The notes under the pieces: model-generated | What the model was told of the DNA's origin: nothing | The model's database searches: none | The model's input: only the letters and a program-made list of their open reading frames with translations | Part shown: positions 24,290 through 38,030 of the stretch, in pieces | How positions within the stretch are numbered: position 1 is the first letter of the stretch | Layout of the letters: every line of letters starts with the position of its first letter | NCBI RefSeq assembly: GCF_001194135.2 | Contig: NC_068992.1 | Span: forward strand, 34,259,494-34,323,493 | DNA from: Octopus bimaculoides | Lineage: Eukaryota | Direction of reading: 5' to 3' | Length of the DNA stretch: 64,000 nt | Translations under genes and position numbers: made by a program

Positions 24290-26270
24290 GGTGATGTATG
24301 CACATATGTAGTTTCCACTTTCCTTACCATTAACTCTCCAACCAAAAACGGTTTCCAATTATTCATGCTCAAAATCTTTCTTCCCACTTCTTTAAATACA
24401 TTTGCTTTGTCTGCAAATCTCTAAACACCTATAACTTTTTGACCATATCTGTTCATACATTAAGGACATTATATTTCACCTCTTCTCTCTCTCTGAAGCC
24501 ATCATCCTTGGTGACTTTAATTTTCCTGTACTGATACTCTCACCCTATAATGATGCTGCCAGCAGTATGGGTAGAGAGTACTCAGTAACATAAGACATAC
24601 TTTTCCTCGGATAACCAGAAATCTTTCTCAGGCCTTAACTTTCTACATCACCCAATTTCATTCTTTACACATGTCCATAACTGACATATTGACGCTCCTA
24701 AACTCCTTGATCTTGTTCTCACTTCAAATAAATCACTTTGTTTTATCAGGTTGTCTCATCAATGCCTCTAGTCATATCTACTCACTACACACTCGCATAC
24801 AATACAATTACTTCAATGTAATTGACTGCATGGCACTTCAAGGTGTTTGAATAGTTGAAACACAACCAGTCTTAAGCTATTTAAAGGAATACATGTGATT
24901 CCTTCCTGAACTATCAGAGACAGTTGACTGAGTGACTGTTAGGCATATCTCTCCTCTTCTCCACACTACAAAACCCCATAGCTCAGTATCTCCAGGCGTT
25001 TCACTCATAGCCCAGTAGCAGTTCAAGGCAAATGATATGACCAGCAACACTAGATGAAGATTAGCTCATCCTATAAATTGGACAGCTTTTAATCTCGTCA
25101 TAATACAGTTCCTGATTAACCATCATCTGAACTGGGAAGGGTATCCCTCAACCTCCACAGGCTTCTCAAAAAGGCAATCCTTTTAGTCTCTTGATACATT
25201 TTAATACTTCCATCAACTTTAAAATCTCCTTTATTCTTCTACTTTTCAATTGTGATGGCTCTCTGAACACTACTCCCCAGGAAAAAGCTTCCACATATAC
25301 ATGCCAAGTGTAAAAGTCATATGGCCATTTCAAACAAATAAGACCTTCAGTCTTGTCAAAGTCCCTCTCTTAACAATGACCATCACCATCCCAGTTAGCT
25401 CCCATGCTCACCAAACTCTCCAGTCTCTCTACCTCTTCTTAATGACCATCTGTATGATTTTCCTTAAGCCAGATCAGTCAGAGACTTAGAATTACATGTC
25501 ACTCACCTGCAAGCTTCCATCTATCAGAAATCTGGAGAAAGTAGTTTTTGTAGCACTCTCTATAGGTGAAACTTTTGACAGTGTCCTGCACATAATTCTT
25601 CACTCAAAATTACACACCTATTAGTTCTATTTGTTTCTCATCTCTTGGGTCAAGGATTTCCTATCAGATTGTATATGTATACCACTGAAGGAGTCCTCTC
25701 TGACCCACACTCTGTCAACTCTGGTATGCTCTAGTGTTCGATTTAGTCCCTCATATTTTTGCTCCTCTATATTACCATGACCTCCAACAACACTTACTCA
25801 TAGACAGATGATACCAATGTTCAATTCTTTTAAAACTTCTGCACCCACTCATCATTTGCATGTACTCTTACTCTATGTTTCAAAATAGACCCTATATCAA
25901 GAAAACACAGTCACTGCATATTTCAAGAACTTCTTAATGCATACTGCCTCCTTTAAACATAAACAGTACAGAACACTTAAAATATTAGGTTCTGCTATTA
26001 GTGAATTTTTTTTTTGCAAGCAGCTCTCTTTATCGTAGTAAAGATGGCATCTAAAATATTAATCTTCCTCTTCAGTGCTTGCAAACACTTTTAGCCCATG
26101 TACTAAGAACCTTCTACAAAACTCAGGTGAGATCTGAGACTCCTAGTAATTGTGTGGTTGAACTAATCAGTTATTTTGGATTAAGCCCATACATAACTAT
26201 AGAGGGAACTCAGCCAGCATGTGTAGACCTTGAGTAAGTTACATTTCGAAATTACTACTCTGCTGTGACT
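24290..26270 (+). mobile_element. Decayed L2/CR1-type LINE (APE endonuclease plus RT)
   Basis: IILGDFN near 24500, LLDLVLTS near 24710, VALSIGETFDSVLH..KL..SWVKDFLSD..VNSG.. near 25550-25760, and a FYKTQVR-like block near 26110. A related shorter piece lies at about 23250-23670. Confidence 0.75.
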
Positions 26271-26439
26271 ATACCAATGTAAATGGTGAAATACATTGAG
26301 GAAATAAATGTCAAGAAAGCATAAATGTTTAGCTCTCAAATGCTTCCAGGATGGATTCTATCACTTCTCTTGCTTACTGTTCAAATAAAATATATCATGC
26401 GGGAAACAATCAGAGATGACAGTTAAGAATGAATGAATT

Positions 26440-26590
26440 TATGGAAAGTATTTGGCAGCTTAAGGTTATGCTGATGATATTGTTTTGCTTAGTTGTGAAA
26501 CATCAAGAACACAAAGAATAATATAAAAGCAAGAGGAAATAGGCAAATGTGTAGGCTTAAACATAAACATAAATAAAAGTGAAATTAAGG
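26440..26590 (+). mobile_element. LINE RT fragment (RTE-like)
   Basis: GYADDIVLLS...VGLNININKS. Confidence 0.6.
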
Positions 26591-27759
26591 AAACTGAGCT
26601 GGAAGTTAGAAGAAATGTGTCGGTGAATGCACACATACTAAAGTCTGAAAACAGGATATGTTATAATATTTGTTTCTGGTGGCTGAAATAAGAATATTCA
26701 AAGACGTGTTGAAAGTTAGAATGGCTTAACTTTATACTACTGCACTCCGTAATAAAATTGGAAGTAATACTTGGGTAGCATCTACAAAAGGAAATGGTGA
26801 TAAAAAGGCCAGTGCTGGAAATATCTTTCAAAAGCCCATAAACCTAGTCTAATAATATCTTGAAGGTTAGACAATTCTAGTTCAACAAAAATGAAGAGAA
26901 TCAAAATCTTCAAATTACTTAAATGATTCATTTGTGTTCACAGAAACTATTTAAACTATCAATTTTTATTTGCTGAAACAAGAGATGACTACAAAATTCA
27001 AATTAATTTGACTGGAGAATACCATACATACAAATGATAATTTTAAAAGTCTAATAAGTATGCGCTAACTTACAAGGATTTGATTGAAAATGTTTGAAAA
27101 ATATATTCAGTTGGAGAAAAATTATTGCATTTACCAAGTGAACACTGATTTACACAAACAGAAAAATCATATTTGTTTCAAGTAAATCAAATATGGGGAA
27201 AGATATATAAAACGAAACCTCCATTAGAAATAGCAGTAAAATAAACATGTGAACTTAAACACAAAGAAAAAATAGAAAAATAAATTAAGGACATATACAA
27301 ATATTTTTACTCACAACCAGAGTTGATACATCCATAAGTTCTCAAAAATTTCACAAAAAAATTTATAACTAACTTGCTTAACATACGGGGCTTACTTTCT
27401 TTTATTAAAATGAATGTGTAATTATGTAAATTGTAAGAGGTGAATTACCTGCTGAAGAGGTGGTGTCATCAAAAGTTTGACAAAAGATGTATGATGAGTC
27501 ATTTTGTCGAATTGATACTAACAGCATAATATTTGTAGATTTGTTTCTAAAAGGCTTAGTGTAAATACAGAAAAGAAGGTTATAATTTCTGCCTCTAGTC
27601 ACTGTACATTTTTGTTGCTTAGAGTTTATCAATTCAGTACTTCAAAATTTATTCTTCTCTTCCCTACAAACATGTTTTGTATTCCACAATGTCTTGTCCA
27701 TCCACCCATGTTAACACAGAGAAGAGATGTGAAAACAACTATGAAGTTTATATATACAT

Positions 27760-27910
27760 GACTCTTGGTTGGCGTTAGGAAGGGCATCCAGCTGTAGAAA
27801 CTCTGCCAAATTAGATTGGAGCCTGGTGTAGCCATCCGGTTGCACCAGTCCTCAGTCAAATCGTCCAACCCATGCTAGCATGGAAAGCGGACGTTAAACG
27901 ATGATGATGA

Positions 27911-27914
<4 letters not shown>
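27760..27914 (+). mobile_element. SINE or LINE 3' end with an RTE-type (GAT)n tail
   Basis: GGAAGGGCATCCAGC..CCATGCTAGCATGGAAAGCGGACGTTAAACGATGATG. Related tails occur at about 22760 and 36400. An (AT)n tract follows. Confidence 0.65.
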
Positions 27915-27963
<49 letters not shown>

Positions 27964-28716
27964 ATATATATATATATTCTTTTACTCATTTACTTGTTTC
28001 AGTCATTTGACTATGGCCATGCTGGAGCACTGACCTTAAATGCATGTATATTATTGGTAAATTCTTACCAGCACTTCCAGAAATTTTTGTTGCAGAATTT
28101 TCAAGCACCAAGTTATTGAAGTCGTTTGTTTCCTACATAATGGATTTGCCAGGCCTTAAAGGATGATCACATTTTCAAAGAGAAAAAATTCAGGTTTTCA
28201 TCTTTTCTCAAACTACATAAACAATAGCTACTTTCTTGCTTTTGTGTGTTTTAAGTATATAATACTGAGCACAAAAAAGTAGAGGTATATTAGATATATT
28301 AGACACAGTAGAGTGTCAGCCTTAGGTCAGCACATAATGATTGATGTGCCAAAGATGTATAACTGCTGGTATATACTATAATGTGTAGCTAGCAACAATA
28401 TTTTAAATCTCATAGGCAAAACTACAAATGTATAAGTGAATAGATAAAGTTATCCTGTATTCTGCATATAAAAATTAAATAGATGAATGTGTGATCTATT
28501 TCCCAAGGTTTTTTCTTTTTTTGGCAACAAGTCAATTGCTTATGTTAATCACAACCGACATTAATGTGTTGATGAATACTTCCACTTATATATCATTACA
28601 CTGCTGCCATTCTTCTTCAATTGATTGAAAAATCAGCAGCATGAAACTCAAATTAATGATGCAAGAAGCTTTAGCTTCACACACGACACACACAAATACA
28701 CACACATGTACGCGCG

Positions 28717-28747
<31 letters not shown>

Positions 28748-28777
28748 GAAACTGAATAACAACAACAATAATAATAT

Positions 28778-29148
28778 TGGTTTCGAATTTTAGCACAAGG
28801 TCAGCAATATCGGGGGAGGGGCAAAGTCAAATTACATCAGCCCCAGTGCTTGACCGGTACTTATTTAATCAAACCTAAAAGGGTGAAAGGCAAAGTCAAC
28901 CTCGGCAGAATTTGGACTCGGAACACTAAGACAGATGAAATGCCACTAAGCATTTTGTCCAGCATGCTAACGATTCTACCGGCTCTCCACTTAAGATAAT
29001 TATAATAATATTACTGATTGTTTTCCAGCCACATGGTTCCAGGTTCACTCCCACAGCGTAGCACTTTGAGCAAGTGTCTTCAACTATAGCTCAGGCCAAC
29101 CAAAGCCTTGTGAGTGGATTTAGTAGGCAGAAACTGAAAGAAATTCAT

Positions 29149-29223
<75 letters not shown>

Positions 29224-29470
29224 ATGTGTGTGTGTGTGCGTGTGCATATGTTTGTGTGCCTTTGTGTCTGTTCCTTCCCACCATTGCTTGAAAACTGGTG
29301 TTGGTGTGTTTACATCCTTGTAACCTCACACTTCAGCCAAAGAGACTGATAGACTAAGTACCAGGCTTAAAAAGAAAATTAGTATTTGGGTCAAATAGTT
29401 CAACTAGAATTCCTCAAGGTAGTGCCCCAGCATGGTTGCATTCTAATGACTATAACATGATAAAAAAACG
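28778..29470. mobile_element. Family C SINE (minus, 28778-28990) head-to-head with a family B SINE (plus, 29020-29470) containing (GT)n
   Basis: Both bodies align by eye to the other copies in the window. The (GT)n tract is at 29152-29240. Confidence 0.8.
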
Positions 29471-30798
29471 TTAAAAAGACATGGAAATATATATTTGTAG
29501 CTGAGTCATTCATGTCTTTAGAATACAAACTCTTACTTCTACCTTTTACTTTTTACTCCTACCTTATATTGCTATGACCATCCCAACAATACCAAATCAA
29601 CACAAGCTCTTTGGTAATAAAATGAATTTAGTTTTACTCACTAGATATTAAACCTTACAGACAAGTGAAGGTGAGAAGAGCTCCTCCTTCATATTGTGGA
29701 TTGTGAGGAATACTTTCCTGTTCTTATGTCATAAAGTGGATTAAAGGCAATGTTTATGCCAGAAGAATTTGAACTTGGAGTAGAGGAAGTAGCCTTAACT
29801 AATTCTAAAAAGTTTTTATCAAATCTGCTGAAAGACAAATACAACATTTATAACATTCTAGGATATTTTAACACAATGTTATTCTTAATGGAAATATTTC
29901 TCAATATACTGAAACTGGCCTGCTACCAGAGGACCACTCTTTCTAAATCTCAGTGTGATCTGATTGTCACTTTACACTTCAATACCTTATTTCATTAGAC
30001 ATTCAACTCACAATTTCTTTCACCTAGCATTCAACATCTACAGTAGTGTCTGTCTATAGTTAAATACCGTTACACATGCACACACACAGCTATGAGTGTG
30101 TGCATGTGTGTATGTGTATGTATAACATAGATGTGTATGTGTGTGCTTACATACACAAACATATACACATGCATTTACATGGCCACAGTCTAATGACTGA
30201 AACAGATAAAAGATATATATATATACACACACACACATACATATGCATGCGTACACGCACACACACACGCACACACACAGACATATTCATACATACCAAC
30301 ATATACACATAAGACTTTCTGATATAATGCCTTGCAGTGTTTCTTTTAACTCTTTACACATCTGAAATCAAATCCCGTATTCCAGCGTGGCCAGCTGTAT
30401 GTGGCTTTAAGCCGGAGAATAAAGGATGAAAATGTTAAAAGGAAGGCAAGTCTACCAGAAATGTTCTCTAAAAAGTATCCACTTTTTTTTAAACAACCAA
30501 GGGGTACAGTTGTCTTTCTTCCTTAATACAGAAAGCTTTATCAATACTGTTCAGACTATGCATTCATATTCACAATTTTCTTCATGCATTTAACAGATTA
30601 CTATTATTTGGAAAATTCTAGTTAATGAATCTCAGAAGTTATACAAGGGAAAATCAAAAATTATCTCTCATTAAAACTTTCTTTAGATTGGCCATACTGC
30701 TTTTAGTATTTGTGTGCTTCAAATGTAGTACTCTTGTGGTTATCTGGCTTGACCTTGATCATTTCAGTTTTCTTTCTTGTATTACAGAGTAAACTTGG

Positions 30799-31670
30799 CT
30801 ACTCCCCTGGCAGCATGGACCAAGGAAAAACAGAGATCAGTGATCTGATTTCTCTGGTCTGACAGTGTGTCAGAGGCTGAAATTCATCACAGGCTTTCAG
30901 TTCAAGTTGGAGACAGTGTTCTACTATGTAGAAATGTGTAAGAATGAAAAGAGAAGTTTTAAAATGGCCAAACAAGTGTGAAGCATAAAGAGGGAACAGG
31001 ATATCTATCAACCTCCATCACTGGCATGAAGATTCAAGAGGCTCAAGAGATGGTTCTAGCAAACCAACAAGGGATGAGGTAGAATGTTCTTGGCAAATTA
31101 GCCGTGCTTCTGTATATGAAATCATCCATGTAAAAGCTTCACTTCCATAAAGTCCATGTGAGATAGGAGCTAAGAGAGCTTACCAAAGCATATAAGTAAT
31201 CGTGTGGAGATCTGTCAATGGTTATTCAATCACTGGTTAAGGCAAAACTTTTATGGAGAAAATTGTCACATGAGATGAGACCAGGGTCCATCACTTTGAG
31301 CTAGAATCCAAAAGACAAAGTATAGAGTGGAAACATCTGGAATTGCCAGGGAGAAAGAAATTCAAGACTCAAATTTCCACAAAGAAAGTGATGCTAATCA
31401 TCTTTTCTTCAGACACAAAAAGGCCTATACTGAAACATTACCTAGAAAAAGGGTCTAAAGACACCAGTGAAATGCTGGCCAACAAACTGAAACCAGCAAT
31501 TTTGAACAAACACTGAGTTCTATCATTAAAGAAAGTGCTATTGTTGCATGACAATGCATGCTCACCTGCTACCTACACCATTGAAAAACTGGGTTTGGAG
31601 TTTCTGGAACAGTCTAGATCTCATCCTTTCCAACTATCACCTCTTTGAACCATTCAAACATCCTCTATCA
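30799..31670 (+). mobile_element. mariner transposase pseudogene, most of the ORF
   Basis: LATPLAAWTKEKQRSVI..LWSDSVSEAEIHHRL; KIVT*DETRVHHFELESKRQSIEWKH; KKFKTQISTKKVMLIIF; VLLLHDNAC; SLDLILSNYHLFEPFK. All three DDD-region motifs are present but degenerate. Confidence 0.92.
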
Positions 31671-32719
31671 CACTGTTGGTTTGCTACAAACTTAAAGCTA
31701 GATAATTGTTTATTATGAAGTTTACTGAAAATTGACAAAGATCCTATTTTATTAGTTGGTTAATTTACTAGGCATATCAAAATCAGCAGATAACTGTATG
31801 GTGTTACTCAGATACAATAGCTTAGCAGCACCAAATAGTTATGCTAATCAACCAAACTACAGTCTTGTTACTCATTCCTTTGACAAAACTAAAGTAGAAA
31901 AACTGGTAAAGTTCAATCACATTGTCTGTTTACATTTGATGTCTCGATATGAAACGTAACAAAAATCAGTGCTGGCTATAAGTTCTATAGAATATCTATA
32001 GAAATAATCGTAAAATAATGTAATAGTGCTGACACAATAGAGCATGCTACTGACTTATGAAAACATTTAGTATATCTTATAGTGTATTGTGTTTGCGTTA
32101 CAAAGTATCACATGCCTACAAATCTTTAATGTTTACATACCAGCTCCAGGGATGTGTCTAATATGTAAATTGGTATATCTAATAACTTAACACTGCTGTA
32201 TGAAGTGGCTATATAAGCCATGTGTTCAGAGGCAATAATGGGTTAGATGAATGCTGAAGAAAGGACAACATATACACTCATTACCCACTTTTGTCTTTGA
32301 TCACATTGTCTGTTTACATCTAATTTCTTATGTGTGCAAGTGTGTATATATATGTATATATACACACACTCAAGCTTATATCTATTAACTTTTATCTTAT
32401 ATTCGTTTCAGCCATTAGGCAGTAGTCATGTAATATAGATTTATTTGAATGAATTGACCTCAGTACTTAGTTTTTGAGCCTGGTACTTATTCTATCAGTC
32501 TCTTTTGCTGTACCACTAAGTTACAGGGATGTAAAGAAACCAAGCAGTGATGAGTGACAAACACAGGCTCAAAGACACACACACTCACACACTGGTGTAT
32601 TCACAACTGTCTTCATCCACTTAACCTCTACCAAATCCACTTATGAAGCCTCTGTTGGCCGAAAGGTATAGTGTGGTTGAGCAGCAAACTTTTAACCACA
32701 TACACACACACACACATAT

Positions 32720-32990
32720 TCTGCCTATATGGCAGTGCACACCTTTGAATGCAGTATATGCCAGAAGGTTTGCAAATCCAACGGAGGCCTCAAAAGACAT
32801 TTTAAGATCAACAAAGAGCAGAACTTATCTGCAGCTCTTGGTGGTCCAAATCGGAGGTACAATCTATGTGGGTGTCTTTTCAGAACATTGTCTAGTTTAA
32901 AAAGCTACATCAGTTGCTACAATGGTGCTAAGGTGTAGGTACAGGAAGTGGTCAAACTCTGCATAAGGAGTAGACAACCACCATATATAT
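32720..32990 (+). mobile_element. 3' terminus of a LINE (probably RTE) encoding C2H2 zinc-finger-like motifs
   Basis: ORF 32729-32938 gives FECSICQKVCKSNGGLKRHFKI and a second degenerate finger NLCGCLFRTLSSLKSY, then a short UTR and an (AT)n tail. No splice signals. Confidence 0.65.
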
Positions 32991-33154
32991 ATGCATGTGC
33001 ATGTGTGCGTGTGTATGGAACATGCCTGTGTGTCTGAATGTGTGCGTGAATGTGTTATCCTTTAGTTGGAAAAATAAGGATTGGCTCAGAAAAAGCAAAA
33101 ATGAAAAAAAAATTAAAAAGGAACATATATTATATATATGTATCTATATATGTG

Positions 33155-33430
33155 AAGGCGCATGGCTCAGTGGTTAGTGAATTCAAATCCCAGACCAGGC
33201 TGCATGTTGTGTTCTTAAGCAAGACACTTTATTTCATATTACTCCAGTTCACTCAGCTGTAGAAATGAGTTGCAACATCACTGGTGCCAAGCTGTATCGG
33301 CCTTTACTTTCCCTTGGATAACATCGGTGGCACAGAGAGGGGAGGCCAGTATGCATGGGCGACTGCTGGTCTTCCATAAACAACCTTGCCCAGACTTGTG
33401 CCTTGGAGGGTAACTTTCTAGGTGCAATCA
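33155..33430 (+). mobile_element. Family A SINE, 3'-truncated
   Basis: Aligns along its length with 6962-7265. Confidence 0.85.
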
Positions 33431-33814
33431 CATATATAAAACTATTATGTGAATGACATTTTGAAAATAAAAGAGTGTAATATGTAATTTCATAAATATA
33501 TATATATATATAGGAAAATGAAAAATAATAATAAGGCAAAATGCTAAACTGAAAGCATATTTTAATATAGATTTCTAACCTGCTTTCATTGCATGGCAAA
33601 TTTTCAAGAAGAGGGAGAATGAAAATGTTTTTTACAAAAAAGTAAAAAATAATATATAAAAAAATAATATATAAAAAAATAAATATACCAATACATTATA
33701 TTGTCTTTGAGCTTTTAAAGTTCAATGGTAATCCATGTAGATAATTGTTAGAAAGATTAGGATGCATGGAATTAAAAGTTGTGTTTAAACAAAAAGGGGC
33801 TAAAAGTTTGTGTT

Positions 33815-33978
33815 AAGCAGGAAGTGTAGTGTCAAAACAGGAAGTGTGTGTAAGGGAAGACAATTCTGTGGGTTTTATAAAACCCACAGAATTGTCTTCC
33901 TTACACACACTTTTATAAAACCCACAGAATTATCTTCCCTTACACACACTTCCTGTTTTGACACCACACCTCCTGCTT
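33815..33978. repeat. Long palindrome/foldback element abutting an assembly gap
   Basis: Left arm 33815-33877 matches the reverse complement of about 33916-33978 (3 mismatches), with an extra partial arm between them forming a near-perfect palindrome centred on TTTTA|TAAAA (33877/33878). TTAA lies at 33813-33816. Confidence 0.85.
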
Positions 33979-34490
33979 NNNNNNNNNNNNNNNNNNNNNN
34001 NNNNNNNNNNNNNNNNNNNNNNNNNNNNNNNNNNNNNNNNNNNNNNNNNNNNNNNNNNNNNNNNNNNNNNNNNNNNNNNNNNNNNNNNNNNNNNNNNNNN
34101 NNNNNNNNNNNNNNNNNNNNNNNNNNNNNNNNNNNNNNNNNNNNNNNNNNNNNNNNNNNNNNNNNNNNNNNNNNNNNNNNNNNNNNNNNNNNNNNNNNNN
34201 NNNNNNNNNNNNNNNNNNNNNNNNNNNNNNNNNNNNNNNNNNNNNNNNNNNNNNNNNNNNNNNNNNNNNNNNNNNNNNNNNNNNNNNNNNNNNNNNNNNN
34301 NNNNNNNNNNNNNNNNNNNNNNNNNNNNNNNNNNNNNNNNNNNNNNNNNNNNNNNNNNNNNNNNNNNNNNNNNNNNNNNNNNNNNNNNNNNNNNNNNNNN
34401 NNNNNNNNNNNNNNNNNNNNNNNNNNNNNNNNNNNNNNNNNNNNNNNNNNNNNNNNNNNNNNNNNNNNNNNNNNNNNNNNNNNNNNNNNN

Positions 34491-34527
<37 letters not shown>

Positions 34528-34984
34528 CATGTGTGTGAAATTGCTATAGCAAATATTTTTATGATAAAAATTTGCTCAACAACTTCTGAGTAAAACTTCT
34601 TGTTACAGTTTGCCTACATTGAACATCTTTGACTCCCATTCTATTAGTTGTTTTTGTTTCCCTCTAACAACATGCCCAATGTGAAACAAATTGCATTTTA
34701 TTATATGTAATATAAGATTAGTTAAGCATAAGAAAGCAGACTGAACTTTCAAATACAAAAGACAAACAGAACTAAGTAGAAATACTGTTACAGCAAGGAA
34801 ATAGAAACGCCGTTGGATATTTTAGAAACTTCAAACTGTTTCATTCAGCATTATGAGACAAATACACAAGTAAAGAGAATCACCCCTAACTCATGTCAAA
34901 TGATTTAAAAAGTAAATCATATAGATTAGAACAAATTCAGCTGCAAACACTGAAGTGTTAGTCACAAAAAGAAATATATGTATG

Positions 34985-35137
34985 TAGGTGCAGGAGTGGC
35001 TGTGTGGTAAGTAGCTTGCCTACCAACCACATGGTTCCGGGTTCAGTCCCACTGCATGTCACCTTGGGCAAGTGTCTTCTACTATAGCCTCAGGCTTGTG
35101 AGAGGATTTGGTAGGCGGAAACTGAAAGAAGCCCATC

Positions 35138-35189
<52 letters not shown>

Positions 35190-35400
35190 ATGTTTATTTG
35201 TCTGTGTTTGTCCCCCTAACATCACTTGACAACCGATGCTGGTGTGTTTCAGGCCCCATAACTTAATGGTTCGGCAAAAGAGACCAATAGAATAAGTACT
35301 AGACTTACAAAAAGTAAGTCCTGGGGTCGATTTGTTCGACTAAAGGCAGTGCTCCAGCATGGCCACAGTCAAATGATTGAAACAAATAAAAGAGTAAAAG
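34985..35400 (+). mobile_element. Family B SINE, full length, relatively young
   Basis: Complete head, internal (TA)n(TG)n tract and 3' part. Several CpGs are intact. Confidence 0.88.
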
Positions 35401-37379
35401 AATATATATACACATGCACACACACACACACATATAGATATGTGTGTGTGTGTGTGTGTACAAAAGCCCGTAGCATATAATATATGTTGATGATTTGCTT
35501 ATTTTTATTATTTCATTTTCTTTCCATGTGATTAAGTTTGGTTTAACATCTAAAGAAGTTAGAATGAATAATTTTCTTGGTAATAATCTTGGGCTAATTT
35601 TAGAAATAGAAGGAAGTTACATTTCAACTATAGAAATAATATTTGTTTAAAATTCTGTCGATAATTTTGTTTGTATTTTTAGCTTAATTGTAAAATATTC
35701 ACATGGCTGAGGAATGATTGTGTTGAAAAAATAAAGAAAGAAAGAAATTCTGCATTCATTATTTAGTCTGATATATATTATTACTATTAGTTGGTTAGAG
35801 GTTTTTTTTTTTAAATTTTTCTCCTAATCATTGATTTTAAAACTTTAAATTATGTTAACTAGGAACTTACAAGACAAAAGATAAGAGAAAATACAAAAAT
35901 GAAAAATCAAATTAAAATATCAGTCTTTTTGTTTCAAAATTTAAATAGAAATGATAATTTGTCATTTAAATGTGCAAATTGAATAAATAATGAATATCAA
36001 TTCGTTTTACGAATCATCAAAAGTGAAAGATAACCAACTTTTAAATGAGACATTCTTTAGATAATGAAATGCAAGTACCAGTTTTATTTTGATTTTCTTG
36101 TTCATGTTTTAAATCAGTGGAATTGGTACAATATAAAAAAATCATTGAATGTGTCTAGTCTTTCTTCTCTCCTAGTTGATAAATTATGAATATATAGTCA
36201 TACTGAAGATAAGAACTAACATACTTCCTTCATATATTTATAAAGTAGGTGAGTGTTCATTTATTCAGTACATGAAAATATCACAACACTAACTAGAAAT
36301 AAATTTGTGGGGAGGTACTGTTCATATCTCAGCTTTTAGAATAAATGCATGTTATAACAATGCATGTTATAAAAGATGATTAAAAGAGTAGACATCGAAA
36401 AAGGAATCCAGTCATAAAACATTGCCTAGGTCCCCTCTCAACTCTATGGCAGCATGAACAAACAAATATGAAAATAATGATGATGATGATGTTGACAAAG
36501 AGTAGGAAAAGGAGGGAGAAGAGAAGGAGTAAACATTAATCAGTAACAAATAGCAAATATTATTACTAATAATAAATGTTGTTCTATATGAATTTTTCTA
36601 TCCTTGATCTGTGCTTTTGAAGTATTTAATTTAATTTAAAATTTATTTTTCTAATACTGGTATTTGTATTTTCCAGTCTGTTTGAGAAACAATTCTGCAC
36701 ATCTTTCAGTATTTTTCTGGTAAAACAGCAGCATCCATAGCCTTGTCAGTAATACTGTCAGTTTTGGGAGAATCACTAAGTAAAAAAAAATACTGATTCT
36801 TATTTTGTTGAAACATTAAAATAATATGATGACAAATTTAATTCCTTGCTGCATATATCAACAGTACTTATCCCATTTTATGAATCAATAATTTATTGGA
36901 TCAGCACAAAATAATGAATTTATGTAAAAAGAGCTTAATCAATGAAATTGACACTCAGTATATTACTGGTATATATTTTATTAATTCTGAGAGAACAGAG
37001 AATAAGTTTTATCCCACTGAAATTTGATCTCAAAACCTAAAAAGATTGAACTAAATACTAATAGGGATTTAGCGGAAGAATCTGCTTTTTTTTTTTTTTT
37101 TTTTTTTCCAACTAACACTACTTTAAACAATCAATAAAGATGACTTTTAATCTTTGCAAATTCATAAGTGTAGAGGTTGAATAAATTGATCATAGTACAT
37201 TACTCTTACTTTATTTCAGAGGAACCATTCACGTAGTTGCTCAACTTCCTAAAAACCTCACTCAAACTTTCTTTAACTAACACTCTCCTTTCTTAAAAAG
37301 TGAAAGGACGTATTGAATAATGTTGTCCAAGATACACTAAGTCTTTAAAAAAAATGAAAAACACTAAACATTTCTAGAT

Positions 37380-38030
37380 GGAATGTCTATCAGATTATGG
37401 ATGAAGTGGAGCAGGGTCCTATTTCCAAAAAAGGGCAACAAAGATGCTACCTGATATTGTCAGCTAACATCTTATTTAAGCCCATTTCCAGTTTCTCAAA
37501 ACTTATGATAACGACTATTGAAACCAATTTTTTCCAACATCTTTGTTCTTAATGAACTCTAATATGTCTTTCATAAAGCTAGATCTACCTTCTTATTTCA
37601 CTAACAAATGAATTCTTGCTCTTGAGAATTTTGAACAAAACAATATTTGTTGCACTTGACATGAGCTGGCATGGGAATATCTTTGTTAAACAACCTGTTT
37701 GTGTTCTAACCATTTTCCATCTTTTGTGTTGGTGACTTCCTCTTACATCACACCATCATAACCTGTGCTAAGGACGTACTGTCAAACCTATATTCTATTA
37801 AATCTGGTGTGATTGAAAGTTAAATATTAACTCTTACATGCTATCCTATACATTAGCTGCATATTTGCCATCATCTTCAGCAGTTCCCACTTCAATACAG
37901 ATGATCTTATTCTTCATCCCCTTACAAACTTTCTGCACCCAAACATCAGCAAATTGCACCTAGAGTTTCTTCTGCTAAACTTACTCTGATTCCATGAACA
38001 GAGATTCCCAAAACCTCCTGCAACAGTACA
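37380..38030 (+). mobile_element. Decayed L2/CR1-type RT fragment
   Basis: LFPKKG..YVFHKARST..FVALDMS, in RT domain order. Confidence 0.6.

Noticed and set aside
30789-30860. Strong plus-strand acceptor ttcttgtattacag
   Set aside because: It leads into the mariner N-terminus and all frames close quickly.
36706-36775. Minus-strand terminal-exon candidate DSPKTDSITDKAMDAAVLPEKY*
   Set aside because: Short enough to arise by chance after a T-run, overlaps an equally plausible plus-strand candidate, and has no upstream partner exon.
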